A stretch of 37,869 nucleotides of DNA, taken from assembly GCF_001194135.2 (NCBI RefSeq), contig NC_068982.1, positions 46,290,676 to 46,328,544 of the forward strand, read 5' to 3'. This document shows, one piece after another, positions 36,025-37,869 of the stretch; the stretch's first letter is position 1; the number at the start of each line of letters is the position of its first letter. The DNA is from Octopus bimaculoides. Lineage: Eukaryota. Below the pieces are notes generated by a model. That model was not told the DNA's origin, did no database searches, and saw only the letters and a program-made list of their open reading frames with translations. The translations under genes were made by a program, and so were the position numbers.

Positions 36025-36769
36025 NNNNNNNNNNNNNNNNNNNNNNNNNNNNNNNNNNNNNNNNNNNNNNNNNNNNNNNNNNNNNNNNNNNNNNNNNNNN
36101 NNNNNNNNNNNNNNNNNNNNNNNNNNNNNNNNNNNNNNNNNNNNNNNNNNNNNNNNNNNNNNNNNNNNNNNNNNNNNNNNNNNNNNNNNNNNNNNNNNNN
36201 NNNNNNNNNNNNNNNNNNNNNNNNNNNNNNNNNNNNNNNNNNNNNNNNNNNNNNNNNNNNNNNNNNNNNNNNNNNNNNNNNNNNNNNNNNNNNNNNNNNN
36301 NNNNNNNNNNNNNNNNNNNNNNNNNNNNNNNNNNNNNNNNNNNNNNNNNNNNNNNNNNNNNNNNNNNNNNNNNNNNNNNNNNNNNNNNNNNNNNNNNNNN
36401 NNNNNNNNNNNNNNNNNNNNNNNNNNNNNNNNNNNNNNNNNNNNNNNNNNNNNNNNNNNNNNNNNNNNNNNNNNNNNNNNNNNNNNNNNNNNNNNNNNNN
36501 NNNNNNNNNNNNNNNNNNNNNNNNNNNNNNNNNNNNNNNNNNNNNNNNNNNNNNNNNNNNNNNNNNNNNNNNNNNNNNNNNNGAGAGAGAGAGAGAGAGA
36601 GAGAGAGTGAGTGAGTGAGAGAGAGAGGTGCTGCCTTCTAGTGTGTTTATCAAAAGGTAGACGAGACTGGCAAGACTGGTGAGATTGAATGGCTCGACTC
36701 TGAATATGCTTTTCCAAGCAGGAGAAAAGAAACTAGTGGAGGACACTTTCCATGCCTTGGAGATGGTAG

Positions 36770-37725
36770 AATAACCTGAGATTTTTGCCTGACGTTTTCG
36801 CCGAATTACTTTAAGTGGACACCTGAGGTATGCGACATTGCGTTCTTATTTTTGTGGGGACTAGGGGTGCTTAGACACCGTCTGCTTGTGTACTACACCG
36901 GTTTGTTTCGCAATTGGTTTTAGTTTCTTATTTCTTATGTTAGTGTGTATTCTGTAGTGTGCGAAATGTGTAATGAGAGGTGTGTTATTTTATTGAACCT
37001 TAATCTTATATAGTATATGTTACGTGAGCTGTTGCATATAGTGTGTTGTGGGGGAAGACGGTTTTATTTGAGCCGCTCTCGTGAATGGTACTTGTGCAAG
37101 ATGTAGGCTGTTTTAGCAGAGCTATTTTGTTGTCGTATTGTAGTGTTGTGAGCCCTGGCATGGCTTCTATGCTTGCCTCTGTGTGTGTGTGTGTGTTGTA
37201 ATCATACCCCATGCTCCAGTTAATGATATTCTTTTCACCCTCATGCCCTACAGCTTGAATATTTTAATTTCAATGTGTCTCCACTTCTTTTCGGGTTATA
37301 TTTTCTTCAGAAGGGATGGCGATGTCTAACAGTACCCATGTGTTTTAGTTATAACATCTGGTTTGTTACCATGATCTGTTTGTCAGTTTGAATGGCCTTA
37401 TTTCTGATAATTTTTCTAGGTCATTGCCATGTATTGTGTTGGGTACGTGCTTGTACCACTTATTTGTTTTCACATAGAAGTGTCGACTTATTACTCAGCG
37501 AATGTGAATGTATTTGTCAACGCGATCATGCCTGTGTATATACTCAGATTTGGCAAAAACTGGGTAACCAGAGATAATGTAAGTAATTATTTCATTGTAT
37601 TGGTTCCACATACTTCGCTTGGTGCTAGGATTCATTTTCCTGATATCATTTTTATTGTTGAATGTAGCCAGATACTGGTCGTTCGCAGCAAGGATCTGTT
37701 TCCTCTTTAGCTTACTTCCCTTTTA
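36770..37725 (-). mobile_element. R4/Dong-like C-terminal region (decayed CCHC knuckle and restriction-like endonuclease) plus putative 3'UTR
   Basis: ILAANDQYLAT..EIITYIISGYPVFAKSEYIHRHDRV..KWYKHVP / IQTDKQI..KPDVI / LLDIAIPSEENITRKEVE / AMPGL..KIALL/TAYIL; multiple stops and frameshifts. Confidence 0.85.
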
Positions 37726-37869
37726 TCAAGCCTTTCACGTGCCAACGCACGAAACTCTAGGTTCTTAAATCACTCTGTTGCTTCTGCTATATATTAATAA
37801 AATATATACATATACTCATATTTTGACTTCTATTTTTCCTTCTTGCATCACCATACTTGTGTCTGTGTG

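Noticed and set aside
36785-36830. Second hammerhead candidate (minus strand GGCGAAAACGTCAGG)
   Set aside because: No CTGANGA upstream; better explained as the 3'UTR of the adjacent R4-like element.

Overview
AT-rich, microsatellite-saturated eukaryotic scaffold with nine N-gaps. The repeat repertoire looks like octopus/coleoid cephalopod DNA (inference from recalled repeat families; no database search was run). I found no recognisable host gene. Almost every listed ORF is a microsatellite or gap artefact. The window holds: (1) about 35 tRNA-headed SINE copies from several modular families; (2) a Penelope-like GIY-YIG endonuclease 3' fragment with a hammerhead-like core (20.1-21.3 kb, minus strand) and a separate Penelope RT remnant (22.5-22.9 kb, plus strand); (3) a DD37D/maT-type Tc1/mariner transposase pseudogene (19.3-19.8 kb); (4) four R4/Dong-like RLE non-LTR remnants in the last 5 kb, all on the minus strand, three abutting (TAA)n tracts; (5) an inverted junction of a 143-bp repeat monomer (16.35-16.74 kb); (6) a 14-bp minisatellite starting inside a SINE. 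The most system-like signal is that (ATT)n/(TAA)n tracts appear to act as shared landing pads: one SINE family stacks head-to-tail through its (ATT)n tails on the plus strand, while R4/Dong-like elements sit in such tracts on the opposite strand. All alignments and identities were done by eye.
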